In this document: one piece after another, positions 42,286-55,076 of the stretch
Position numbering within the stretch: the first letter of the stretch is position 1
How the letters are laid out: each line of letters begins with the position of its first letter
Assembly (NCBI RefSeq): GCF_009914755.1
Contig: NC_060928.1
Direction: 5' to 3' (one strand)
Length of the DNA stretch: 64,000 nt
From: the human T2T-CHM13v2.0 reference genome, Homo sapiens
Translations under genes and position numbers: made by a program
Notes under the pieces: generated by a model
Seen by the model: only the letters and a program-made list of their open reading frames with translations
What the model was told of the DNA's origin: nothing
The model's database searches: none

Positions 42286-43134
42286 GTGTCTATTTTCTAA
42301 CTTTCCAAAATGTCAATAACCTTACAGCAACCAGCTTCTACATGCTGGCTTTAAAGGGAGTAAACATCATTAATTTACTTTTGATACAAAGGGTTTGCCA
42401 TGTTTGTCACAGGTTTTCTTAATGAACTACATTTACAAATGGCAACTTCTGATAAAGGATAACAGATTAAGTTCAGTGTCAATTTTGACCAGATATTAAA
42501 TCTCACAACTCTCTAAACTTCCTTGATATTAACTACTGAACTAATTAATATCCCAGTAGCTTCTGGAGATTCTAAGAGATAATGCACTCTGTGTTTTTGC
42601 AGAGGAAGAAAAGTATTAACTGGAGAAATCAACATAATCAAGAAACCAAGGTCATACTTACCAGACTGCCTGCTTCTTAGCCTAATGGTAAACTCTGTAT
42701 CAGATATTTCAAGATTACTTCAAAGTTTTCATTGTCCAAGCTCTAACCCTAACACTTCACAATAGACAACCATTTGGGCTGAGGTTCTCAGTCTAGGTTT
42801 AGGTTAAATAATTGGTAGTTATAATACCTATACCTTAATAATATGCACACACAGTGAAAATGTTTACTAATATAAGAAAGACATCCTATATAGAAACCAA
42901 GGAAAAAGGGAAAAAAACAGTAGAGCAAGTTAGAAATTGCTAAAATATTCATGCCTACTACAAACTTGGTCAATTGTGAGCTACTAATACATTTCAAAAA
43001 TTAATTACCTCCTTATGTTGAAATAAAATATTTTTAACTTAATTGCAGAAACTTAAAGTAGAATCTTTAATTATAATTTAGATCTACAACATTTTTGGGA
43101 CAATTACACTACTTAATGATTCCAAGATAGCAGA

Positions 43135-43180
43135 GTGTGTGTGTGTGTGTGTGTGTGTGCACACGCATGTGTGTGTGTGT
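43135..43180. repeat. (GT)n microsatellite
   Basis: Directly visible. Confidence 0.9.
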
Positions 43181-43496
43181 TTGCATATTCTTTTGGTTCA
43201 TAATTCTTTTTGCTATGCTGCTTTTTTTCTCTCAGGCTAATGTCATAACAAATCTACATCACTGACCTGAATAAGAGAAATTAGGAATTTAGCTTTTGCT
43301 ACTGACCGTGCACACTGATTAGAAATAAAAGTGTATCAGCTAAGCTACTAAAAGTAAAACTAAATTTGTTCTTTATTTTTTTTCTTATTAACAAATTGCT
43401 TCTGTAAGGTATTCATTAGATATCTCCACATCCACTTTGACTTGTGGGTAATAATATGGCTATGTTTTCCCTTCCCATCATGATAACATTCTTTTT

Positions 43497-43617
43497 TTTA
43501 TATATATACTTTAAGTTTTAGGGTACATGTGCACATTGTGCAGGTTAGTTACGTATGTATACATGTGCCATGCTGGTGCGCTGCACCCACTAACTCGTCA
43601 TCTAGCATTAGGTATAT
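43497..43617 (-). mobile_element. Very short young L1 (L1PA2/3-like) 3' end
   Basis: ~120 bp of L1 3'UTR with TSD cattcttttt at 43487-43496 and 43618-43627. Confidence 0.9.
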
Positions 43618-44009
43618 CATTCTTTTTATTTAGAGTGTCACAGCCACGTCTCATTGCTCAACCTATTGCTCCATCCATACTAAACATAAATTCAAACTTT
43701 GCCTCCTTACTTATCTTGATTTCCAGTAAAAATAATATCAACATGGAAATCATTCATTTTGATCATCATGAAGACCATATCCTTTCTCTCCATAAAATGT
43801 ATATTTTTTTAATTGAGCACCATCTTCCCTAATAGACTTACAATGTGAGTAAATGCATGTGTTTGTATGTGCCTGTGTTACTTGTGTCTATAAGTTATTC
43901 AACTTTAATTTTTCCTAGCTGCATCTTTCTTCTCTAGATTTGGACAAATATCAACAGTACCTGTTGAGTGATCAAACTATCTCCTGGTCCTCAGTTTACA
44001 TCTTCCCTG

Positions 44010-44628
44010 TATTACACACTATTAGTATTTCAGCTATCTGTGTACTGCCTCTCAACTCCAAATCCACCCTTCTTTCATTTCCTTTGTGATACCTGATGGA
44101 TCCTATAAATACTGCTCCTCTGCCAGCTAATACAATGTCAGGTTTTGTCAATAGAGGGTGCTGGAGGGACACTCCAATGTAGTCACAAGAGAAGGGAGCT
44201 TTTCTTTCTTGGTCTCTCTGGGTCAGCTGCATTGTCATTTTTTGGCACAGCTTCAAACGACTGACATGCTATGAGTTTTCAGCCCATGAAGCATATTTCT
44301 GTGGACCAGCTTCAGCATATACCCTCACATGTTTCTTCACCACCAGTAGCTGCACGTTCCTGTAGCAGCAGTATCCCTCCAGTGAGGTCAGAATTCACAG
44401 GTCTTAGAGGGAAAGGGTGTTCTTTCCAGTCTTCAGTTTCTTTCTGATTTTGGAAGTGGTGACACTGTGGCCCTAGAAGTAGATATTCTATCTGCATTTC
44501 TTAATTCTCTATCGCTTGAAATCTTCTTTTATCAATGTTTTAAAAAGAATTTAGCTGTCTTTTATTAGTTAATAATTCTTTATATCAGATTTTCCCTGTG
44601 ATGTCCTGTGACTGGACTGTGTTTATAT
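44010..44628 (+). mobile_element. ERVL solo LTR, LTR41-like
   Basis: ctctcaactccaaatccacccttct...tgccagct...gtcaatagagggtgctggaggga resembles the recalled LTR41 consensus. Confidence 0.6.
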
Positions 44629-45424
44629 AGTATGCTCCCATTTGGTAGCTTTGTGATTAACTAGACTTCCTCTAAAACAACTGTTGGCAAGCCTGACTAA
44701 ATGAGGTAAATAAAGACAGAAATAAAGTAGGAAATCTGACAAGAGCAGAGCAATCTCATAGAAATTTTTTTAGGCTAGATGAATTAAGGGAAATGTATTA
44801 TTAGGGAAAATGTCTAGGGCCTTCAAGATTTTCAAAAACCTACTAAGATGCTGAATATGCATTTCATTTTTGAGAATATATCTATATTTGGGTGTGCATA
44901 TACATACTCACTCACACGCATGTATTCTGAAATATAAAAAGAAAACTAAAAAATCAAAGTAAGTGGTTTTTTATTTAAATGTTATCAACTGAAATTCCAC
45001 TCAATGCAACCTATATTGGTAGTGTGAGTATATTTTAATGTTTTCTATAACTTGTGGTAGAATCCCCCCAAATAAGAAAGCATATCTTGAGTCTGCTAAA
45101 AAATTTTAAAGTTCTTGGGTTCAATTTACAGATAAAGCACAGCTGTTTTTAGTTCAATTCAGATATAAAGTAGCTAAATGTGTTCTATTGCTAATGACTA
45201 TATACCTAACATCAACTACCAACTTTTTAAATACGTTAGCAATCCCAAAGAGTGGTCACAACAAGGAGAGGTAGAGAATTAATCTAATCTATTATCATCA
45301 CTGGAAAACAAATGTCTGTGTACATTTTGGCAAACAAGTATGATGTGAATTTGTGTAAAATCCCCAAATACCAAACATGTCTTGCTAGAAATAGATATGT
45401 TTGCATTTATGTATGTATATATGC

Positions 45425-45483
<59 letters not shown>
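45425..45483. repeat. (TA)n(GA)n compound microsatellite
   Basis: Directly visible. Confidence 0.92.
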
Positions 45484-45485
<2 letters not shown>

Positions 45486-46598
45486 TTTTAGGTAAAATAA
45501 TTCACTTTGCAAAAATCAAAGCTAAAATTTCAATGCAGTAACTGCTACTACTGAAATTTACAACATGAAAAAACTACAATATTGAAAATGTACTGATATT
45601 TGGGAGTCTTATATCATTTGCCTTTCTGTTTTGGCTGATAATAAGACACAAAGTACCATATTTAAGAGTAATAATTTATATAATATGCTAATTTCTCAAT
45701 GTAGTAGTTAACAAAATTCTGACTCTACTTGATTTTAGATAGAAGTTAGGTGTTTATCTGCACTGTGTCTCTAACATTTGGGAACATTTAAGACAAGCTA
45801 CACTAAGACAGAGTATTTACTAGGACAAAATTATATCTATAGCCAAACAATAACATTTGGAATGCACACTCTTGCTAAAACACATTGTCTCTGTCATCAT
45901 TATAAGGATCTGTCCACTTAAATTGACCCATGGAAAGAGGCAGATTAATATTTCAGGTCAAAATATACAATAATGCAAGGGAAAAAGAAGGGTTATGCTG
46001 AAGAATAGGATTTTTTCCTCTTGTACCAGAATTGTGCCTAAGACCCAGAGTTGAAGGAGAAAAATAAAAGCACTTAAATCTTGACATTCCTGTTTCAAAT
46101 AATTTTAACGGACTGCCAACATTTAGTATCAACCACTTCCAAAGAGGTGGGGATCACCCATCAACCACATGGGGCCTTACATTTTCAGCCACCCAGGTCA
46201 AGATAAGAAATCTCTGAGGTCAGAGGTGTGGCTCTGATGGAATAAACAGCATATTTTGTAACATAAAAGTGGAATTTAGGTTCTCTAACGGAAACGTAGG
46301 GAGCTCCTATTAAATTAGCTGATAATGTTTATGAAAGCCTATAAAAATGGAATACTTTTTGTTTTGTTTGTTTATCCAGGTAGAAAATGTCCAACCTTGT
46401 CAACTTTCCCCCTGAGTTATCAGAGAAAGGGAAGAATTTCATCAAAAATGTCTATTACAGAGCACCATAGTTAGCAGTAAAAGTGAAGGACTGATTATTA
46501 AATTTTTAATGCTTCATCAATAATTCATCTTTGGTGATTCCAGCCCACCAGTACCTAACACATCAAACCAATTTTCCTCACTTATCTATCTCATTTTA

Positions 46599-46895
46599 TT
46601 GTATTTTAATTGATTGATTGATTGGAGACAGGGTCTCACTCTCATGCAGACTGGAGTGCAGTGGCAGGATCACAGCTCACTGCAACTTCGACCTCCTGGG
46701 CTCAAGTGATCCTCCCACATCAGCCTTCTGACCACAGGCATGTGCTATCACACCCTGCTAATTTTGATATTTTTGGGTAAACATGGGGTTTCACTATGTT
46801 GCTCAAGCTAATTTCAAACTCCTGGGATTAAGCAGTCCTCCCACCTCAGCCTCCCAAATTGCTGCAATTACATTTGTGAGCCACCACACCAGGCC
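46599..46895 (-). mobile_element. AluJ
   Basis: Diverged Alu with an (ATTG)n tail and TSD tctcatttta. Confidence 0.9.
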
Positions 46896-47403
46896 TGTCT
46901 CATTTTAAAGAAAAAATAAATAATACCAGTTCCATAGAATCCAAGAGTACCAACATTCTAATTTTTTTAGGTTGATTTATATATACCTACTATGTGTGCA
47001 GATTATACGTATTGTATGTATGTAGATAGCATAACAAGGCAATCACTTTGCTCAATACCAATCAGAGGGTTTTTTGTTGTTGTTGTTGTTTTTAAATGTG
47101 ATACACTGACCATGACCTAATTCTGTAAGAAGTCTTTATCTGTGAAACTATATTCACTTTCCTTATGGAAGTCCAGAATTCTGCCTTAATCCTCCTAGAA
47201 AATGTTTCTTCTTAATACAATTAATTTTATTTAAATAATTGTTTATTACACTGTAGTTAGGTAGACATGTTTTGAAAATGACGTAAAATACATAGGGCTA
47301 ATCCAAACACTGAAGTTGGAAATGGAAACCATAGATCCAAACATCTTTAACTATCCATGTATTTGAGTAGACTAAATAGACATGAGACATATACATAATT
47401 CTA

Positions 47404-47586
<183 letters not shown>

Positions 47587-48539
47587 TTATATAATAAGAG
47601 CCACAGGAGAGAGAAGGGTTTGAGTACACGGTATGGTTTGAAAGCTGTGTCACAAATTCGGGAGTCCTGGGTTTTACTTTCTTGTCAACTTTCGCAACCA
47701 TAATGACTATAATGCTCAGTTATTTCATTGGTTTTCACCATCCTAACTGCAAAATGCATAGAAGTATTATGACATTCTTACTTGGAATCCATACCTGATT
47801 AGCGCATCCTCATTTATATTGCTCAAAATGAATAGTTTATTAGGAAACATCTTAAGTGAAATAGTTTATAATAAATGTGCTACCAGTAATAAAAATAAAC
47901 CATGGTATTGTTTGATATAATCCTACATTCGATGTTCAACTAAATATTTCAGTATCTCGTGATAGTAGAGACTCAATTTACAGATTGTAAATCAGTATAT
48001 CTTCTCCATACAGCACAAAACAGTTTGGTAATTATAAATAAACATAATTCCAATTAATATAAAAAGCTCAATCATTCAGTGACATAAAAATAAAAAATAA
48101 CAGATTACTTTCAAAGAAGCTTGTTTTTAAATGTATTTAAGAATGCCTGAAATGCTAAGACTGAACTAAATTGGATTCTAAAATTATGTAACATAATAAC
48201 TGTAATACAATTAACTGGATTGCTCTATCAACCAGGTAATTTAGATCTTTTATTTTAAATAAGCCAAATAGTGATGGGGAAAAGGTCAAAGAAAGATCAA
48301 AAAACAAAAATATTTTCACTGCTCTTGTAGTAGAAAAAAACACGTCATTAATGTTTATCATCATGAGCTAAATGTCTTATCCATTAGCTGTCAGATTTGT
48401 AATTCTACACAAACAATAACATGAATTGTTTTTTGTATTATACTAGACATTAATTTACAACCATTAGAGTAAACTATGTCTGGGATTTTGTATCCATTAA
48501 GGCAAGAATACAAAATAGAAAGGATATTGATAAAACAGG

Positions 48540-48745
48540 GTAGACTTTGAATGCCTACTACATACCAGGTACTCTTTAAAGCACCTGAAATATTATAATC
48601 TGCATGTCAAACCTATGTGGTAGATTCTCTGTTACCCCTATGCATGTGTACAATGATTCAAAGAAAGCTAAGCAAACTTGCCAAAGACCCACAGCTAGTA
48701 GAGTAGATAAAACAATGATTTATAACCCAAGCAATCTAGTTTCTG
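48540..48745 (-). mobile_element. MIR
   Basis: gcctactacataccaggtact...cttgccaaagacccacagctagta...aacccaagcaatct. Confidence 0.65.
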
Positions 48746-49014
48746 AGTATTCAAACTAAATCAAAGAATTATACCATAGTCAATTATAAACTTAAAACTA
48801 ACAGTAGTTTGTTTCTTATTAAATGCATGTTTCTATTCACCAGAATACTCCGTGCCAAAGGCATAGTTATAGTGCTCCAAATAAATATGTTCATTAAGCT
48901 TTGTTGTATATACTATTTTATCCCAAAAACTGTATTTTTGAAATTCTATTATAAAAGCATTAGAAAATAAATTTATAAAATTATTTCAGATGCCACCTAC
49001 TCCAAAGACCTGTT

Positions 49015-49188
49015 CAGGAGCAGCTTTCTGTGTATACAAAGTACCATAGGACCCTGAGTTCAGAAAAGTCCCATGCTTCATTTAATGGTCTATCTGTGCT
49101 CTCTTTAAAAATCTTAATTATTTTTTAAACAAATGGCCCTGTATTTTTCATTTTGGACTGGGCATCACAAATTATGTAGCTGATGCTG
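49015..49188. mobile_element. MER91A (hAT-Tip100)
   Basis: ...ttttcattttggactgggcatcacaaattatgtagctgatgctg end matches the recalled consensus. Confidence 0.75.
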
Positions 49189-50335
49189 AACCTGAATTTA
49201 TATATACTAGAAAGCAAGTGTGGAAATGAGACCCGACATTTTTTTCCTTTTACCCACACCAAATTAATCACACTATTACATTTATTCAATTAGTAACTGA
49301 ATAAAACTTTGTTATAGCTGTTGACCTAAAATGTTCCAGAGAAGAGAAATTAAAATGTGAAGGTAGCTTTTACCCTAAGAGAAGAAAGTGAAATGATTCT
49401 CCTTAGTTTAAGTAGTAAAGTTAGAATCCAAGAAATGACAAAAATGTGTGAATGTATTGATGCTAAGGATATGAATGGCATTCCCTATATGCCAAATGGC
49501 AAGTAAAGGGTGAAGGGGTATCAGTACCTAGTGGCTATAGGGAGGTGTCAGCTAAGAACTGACATGAAAAATAAGGTTAGCCTCAAAACTCCAAGCAGTA
49601 AGAGAAACACCTAAGACTCAGAACATAGACATAAAAAGTTATTTTTAGAAAAAGAAATGGTTTCATGGATTACTGACTTCATAAACATAGCTAAATAATG
49701 TATGCACTGGGGAGATATTGTCCTGCTATGGAAGTTCCGAAAAAGGAAAATCAGCAAGCCAAACACTGACGATGAACATCCAATAGTGTCTAAGTCTGGG
49801 AAAGGTATTCTTAACAATGAGTTTTTTGGTTTTTTTGGTCAGATTTCAATATGGATGGATGCACAGAGCTGTAAACAACCAACATGGGCTAATGAAATAT
49901 TTTAGTGTAATGAATATAGATATTTGATACATCTAACACAATCTTCTAGAATTCTATGATCAAAACTCAATCTTTGGTTATATTTTGGCTTTCTATAAGA
50001 CAAGGAAAGGGAAGTGAACAAAGAAAAAGGGAAAAGAAAGGAATGGAGGGGAAGGAAGGCTAGGGAGATTATATGAATGTAGGCTATTTCCAGTAGAATA
50101 CAGGTTATTCTAATCTTGTGACTCTGATTCGTCAAGACATTTTATAGTATCATCTGCTCAGGTTTGTTTTCCCATGTGGATTTGGAACAAGGTGGAATTG
50201 TGCTGTTAGTGCCTGTTACAATATTCTGATCCATTGAACAGATGTATGTTACAGAGTAAACAAGTTAATTTACAGTCTGGTGGCAACCTGAGTCTCTGTG
50301 CATTTTAGGTACCATGATTCACTCTTCAGTCTTGA

Positions 50336-50644
<309 letters not shown>

Positions 50645-51316
50645 TGATCACTCTTAGTTGACACACCAAAGTCTGTCCTGACTCAGAGCCTTCAAAATGG
50701 CCATTATCTCGCATTTTCTCTTTGGTTAACTGCTCCTTTGCATTTAAGTCTCAGTTTAAATGGTCTCTCTTCAGAGCAGGAGTTCACAAACCTCTATGTA
50801 ATGTAAGCCCTCTTCTCTCATTTTTGCTCTCTGACACTTTCTTTTTATGGGACCTTTCAACTTTGCCTTTATTTTAATGCCTTAATATATTCTTCTTGCT
50901 TTTTGTCTTGTGTTTGGTCTGTCTCCCCATCCAGGATTTAAGCTCCACAAAGAACAGGGACTGCACTATTTCTGTTCACTATTATGTCATGAGGGCTTAC
51001 TACGATGTCTATCACATGTTACATGCTGTATGTTTGAACAAATTAATTCTCATTTTAATTCATGTAGAATATCGATCTTTTTCCAAAATATATCATCAAC
51101 TTTAAAAATGGTCATGCATAGCTGTTACTAGTCATGAGGAAAAGATGCCCATCACTTGTGAAGGCAGAGTCCATTTCCATTGACAAAGGCAGGTTGAGAG
51201 TATAAGTAATAGGCTTCCAGTGAAGTAACAAAGCTGAGCAAAGGGAAAGAATGTACTTGAAGACAGCACTGATTCACTGCAAACCAAAATTGAAGTCTGA
51301 ACAGTTAAGCAGCTCC

Positions 51317-51392
51317 TAGCAGAAATATCCACCAGCTAAATAATGGTTTACCATTAGCAGAAATATCCACCAGCCAAAATAATGGTTTACCA
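51317..51392. repeat. ~38-bp tandem duplication
   Basis: tagcagaaatatccaccagc(t/ca)aaataatggtttacca occurs twice. Confidence 0.9.
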
Positions 51393-54065
51393 GCTAAATA
51401 GCTGACATGAGAATACCAAGAGTAATATGCAAAAGTAAGAGGATGTTCTGTACAGATTTCTCCAGAGGCAAAATACAAGGTTGATAACAGGTACTTTAGG
51501 AGAAATAAGTAATGCATGTGGCATACATAGAAGAATGTATAATCCTTAGAGCAATCATCAAATTCAGGATGGTGAAAGAGAACAGGAAATAGCCTGCAGA
51601 CATGTACTGAGGAACACATAATGTATTCCTAATATTTCATTCTTTTAAAATTAATCCTAATCAATTTTAACAAAATCTTAAGATATGATGGGGGTGGTCA
51701 CTGTTAATCTTACTCTTCTGTTACTTCTCTGATTTTTTGAACTGATTCATAGAAAAAATAAATGGCCTGAAAAGATATCCAAAATGCACGTATAAATAAT
51801 TTCAAGAAGTATTTAATTAATGAAAAATTGCTTTTTTGCTGGGAAATGTAGTATAGAATAACAATAAAACTTCTTATAAAATCTTTGCAAAACTATGAAA
51901 GAACAAAATTGATGTTCAATTATGAATTATTTTACGATTCACTTAAAATAGATGGTTGAGGATAAAAAGTGAGTAAAGAAAAACATCTGCCTGTGAAAGA
52001 CCCACAACATAATAGAAAAAAAGCATTTAAAAATTTGTAATACAAGAAATGTCTGCTGCAACCAAACCAAAAAGACAGTATCTCAATGCCCATAGAAGCA
52101 TATTGGAGAAAGACATGGAGGTTTCACTCTTTTGTAATTTTCAATGGTCCTGAGCATCCTCTAATCCAACAAAGAGCAGAGTAAATATCCGAGGCAGGGA
52201 AACTCCTTTGTGCAAAAGTCAAGTCCCACAAATAATTAACTTTCACTCATAAACATGGTTAACATGTATATACAGAGGATGGAATGAGGTTGTAAAGAAA
52301 GGCAGAGTTGTATCAAAACAGACCTGATATGCCACAATAATACGAATGTTGTCTTTGTATACATGGCAGCAGGAGATTCACTGAAAGACTTTGACTTGGA
52401 GAATTTTGTGGCCAGGGCTATGTAACCAGATATATTATGTCACATTTATGTAGAGGGCAAGCCGAGACAAAGTAGACTGAAGATAGCGTATTCAGTTTGG
52501 AAGATGATGCCATTGTTAAGACCAAAAAAAAAAAAAAAAAAAAGAGACTGAGATTAGCAAATGGTAGAAGTCAAGGAAATAATTTGTTTGTTTTAAAGTA
52601 ATATTGCAGGGATAGGCCCTTTGGTTTGACTGTTAGAGGATGTGTGGAGCCTGGAAAGGAGTAGGTTCAGTAAAACTATAAAGACATAAAACAAATGAAG
52701 AGGTTTGGAAAGTAAATGGAGGGTAAGGACATGAAGAGAGTAAGTGGAAAATATTCTTTTTAAAAGCTTGTCAAAAAAGATTTTGACAAACACAATAATA
52801 GCTGAACTGTACTGGATAATATAACACACAATAGCAAGCAAACTTTCCAAACAAAAATTTCTAACATTTGGCAACAGCAAAATCCTTTCTGTAAATGATT
52901 GATGGACATTTGATAGGTATATTCTTTGTACCAGATCCTCCTTCTCTTTCTCCTCCACCGTAGACACACACATACACACCATTTTAAAACTGATTTTCTC
53001 AAGAGAGTGGTAATAGTACATGTAGAGTTGAAAAGAGAATCATAAAAATATTTCTGAAAGTTTTTGTGTGCATCATATGAAAGAAGAAGTGAATTCATAT
53101 TGACCATTTATCGTCTGATCTAGGCAGTAACGATGTTATTCTAGGAATGGAAAATAACTTCTCTAGGAAAATGTTCTCCACATCAGTGATGTTGAATCCA
53201 GGAAAACTAATTATAATTTGATTCACATGCAATTGAGCCAGTAAAGTTTCTAAGTACATAATCATCTTCATATTTAGGAAAAAAACTTAACCTCTTTTAT
53301 CCTACTCTTACTTGTATTTTAGGTTATTGCATTAGCCAATCTTCAATAATTATTTTAAATAATAGTGAAAATAAAAATCAGGCATTCATTATTATTTTAA
53401 AAAGCTTATCTTTATAAAGTTAATAATAAATTCTGGGAATAAATTCAATATATCTCTTCCCAAAGTGAGGTATCCACAATAAATGGGAAGAGAAATATCT
53501 GATTTTCTGTCGTCCATATGTGTGCCAATTACTTGACTTTTGTAGGCATTTAAGACTGAAAATCTTGGAAAGTTGCAATTTCCCATTAAAAAAGATTATT
53601 TCCTCTCTGTTCCTATCCATAGATATTTTTTCTTGGATTAATTCTCAGGCTATTATTTTCTATGGCTAATGTCTCCTACCCATTTCTGACCTTCTAGTCT
53701 TACTATTTTCTTGGAGTTTGAGAGTATAAATAGACAGCTACTGAGAAGTAGAAAGGTTGGACCAGTTTTCTGACTTAAAGCCACTGCAGTTTCAAAATAT
53801 AGCTCAGGCAGTTAAGACGAGATGAAAGATTTCTTTTCACCATCTCTAAGGCTAATCAGGTTTATTGTTTCCTGTTGTTCATTATGGATGGGTATATAGT
53901 TCCCAACACAATGGAATATAGCAATGAGTAAGTGAGTGAGTGAGTGAATAAAGTTGTCATTCTGTCTTAAACTACAACCACTCCAAATCTCTCCCTAGCT
54001 CTACAGGTTCATTTATTTATTATTGTTTTCTGTTTGCCATATATATCTACTCCTATGGTAGACAT

Positions 54066-54238
54066 GAGACACATGTGGCCATTTAAATTAAATTTTAATT
54101 AAATAAAATTAAATAACATTTAAAATTTTGTTCCTTAGTACACTGGTCATATTTTATCCATATGTGGCTATGTTACTATACTGGATAGAAGAGCCGAACA
54201 TTTCCATTATCACAGAAAGTTCTGTAAAATAGTATTTG
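54066..54238. mobile_element. MER3/MER33-like hAT relic
   Basis: cacatgtggcca...gaacatttccattatcacagaaagttct. Confidence 0.7.
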
Positions 54239-55076
54239 TCTATATCCTCCCAATAGAAGTTAAGTTCCATGAAGACTGGGGTTTTGTTTGCTCAGAAAGA
54301 TAAAGCCATAGCACAGAATAGCCCTTGACATAGTATATGTTCTTAATAAATCCTGGTTAACTAAATAAATTCTTACTCTTAGTTCACAGTCATTTAAAGT
54401 AGACATAGCCTCTGCTATCATAATGAAGCTTATTATAGCCTAACAAAGAGAGATACTATGCAAAAAATCAAATAAATATACAATTGCAGACATGATATAT
54501 GCTATCAGAGTATACAATAAAGGAACTTCTCCTGGAAACATTTTCTTCACTTCTTCTCCAGGACATCGTAATCACTTTATTTTACTCCAACCTTACTGGT
54601 TACTTCTTCCCTAAATCCTTCACTCCTAACTCCTAACCTAATAATATCGGAATGCCACAAATTTCAGTTTTTGGTGTTCTGTATTTATACTTCTTTGATG
54701 ATTTATTTCATGTAGTCAAGGACTTCTGAATTTCTATTTGCAGTCTAGAACTTTCTTCCAAAATATAGACTTCTATATACAGCTGTCTACTTGGCTATCT
54801 AGTAGAGTTTTTAAACTTATCATGTCTCAAACAAAACTAATTTTCCTCTCCAAAATCATGGCATTTACAGCCTTCCCTATTGTATTTTATTTATTCTAAC
54901 TCTTAGGTCACAAATATTGGTTTTATTCACAGCTTCTCTCTTTTCAACAGTAAATCTCTTCTCAAAGATAGGCACAATCCAAAGACTTCTTACCTCCTCT
55001 GTTGTTATGACTCTTAAAGCTACCATCATCTGTCTCTGGGAACACTGCTTGCACTCATTCACCCCTACAGTCTCTT

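Noticed and set aside
51317-51392. Direct repeats as a CRISPR-like array
   Set aside because: Only two adjacent copies with no spacers, in a primate intron.
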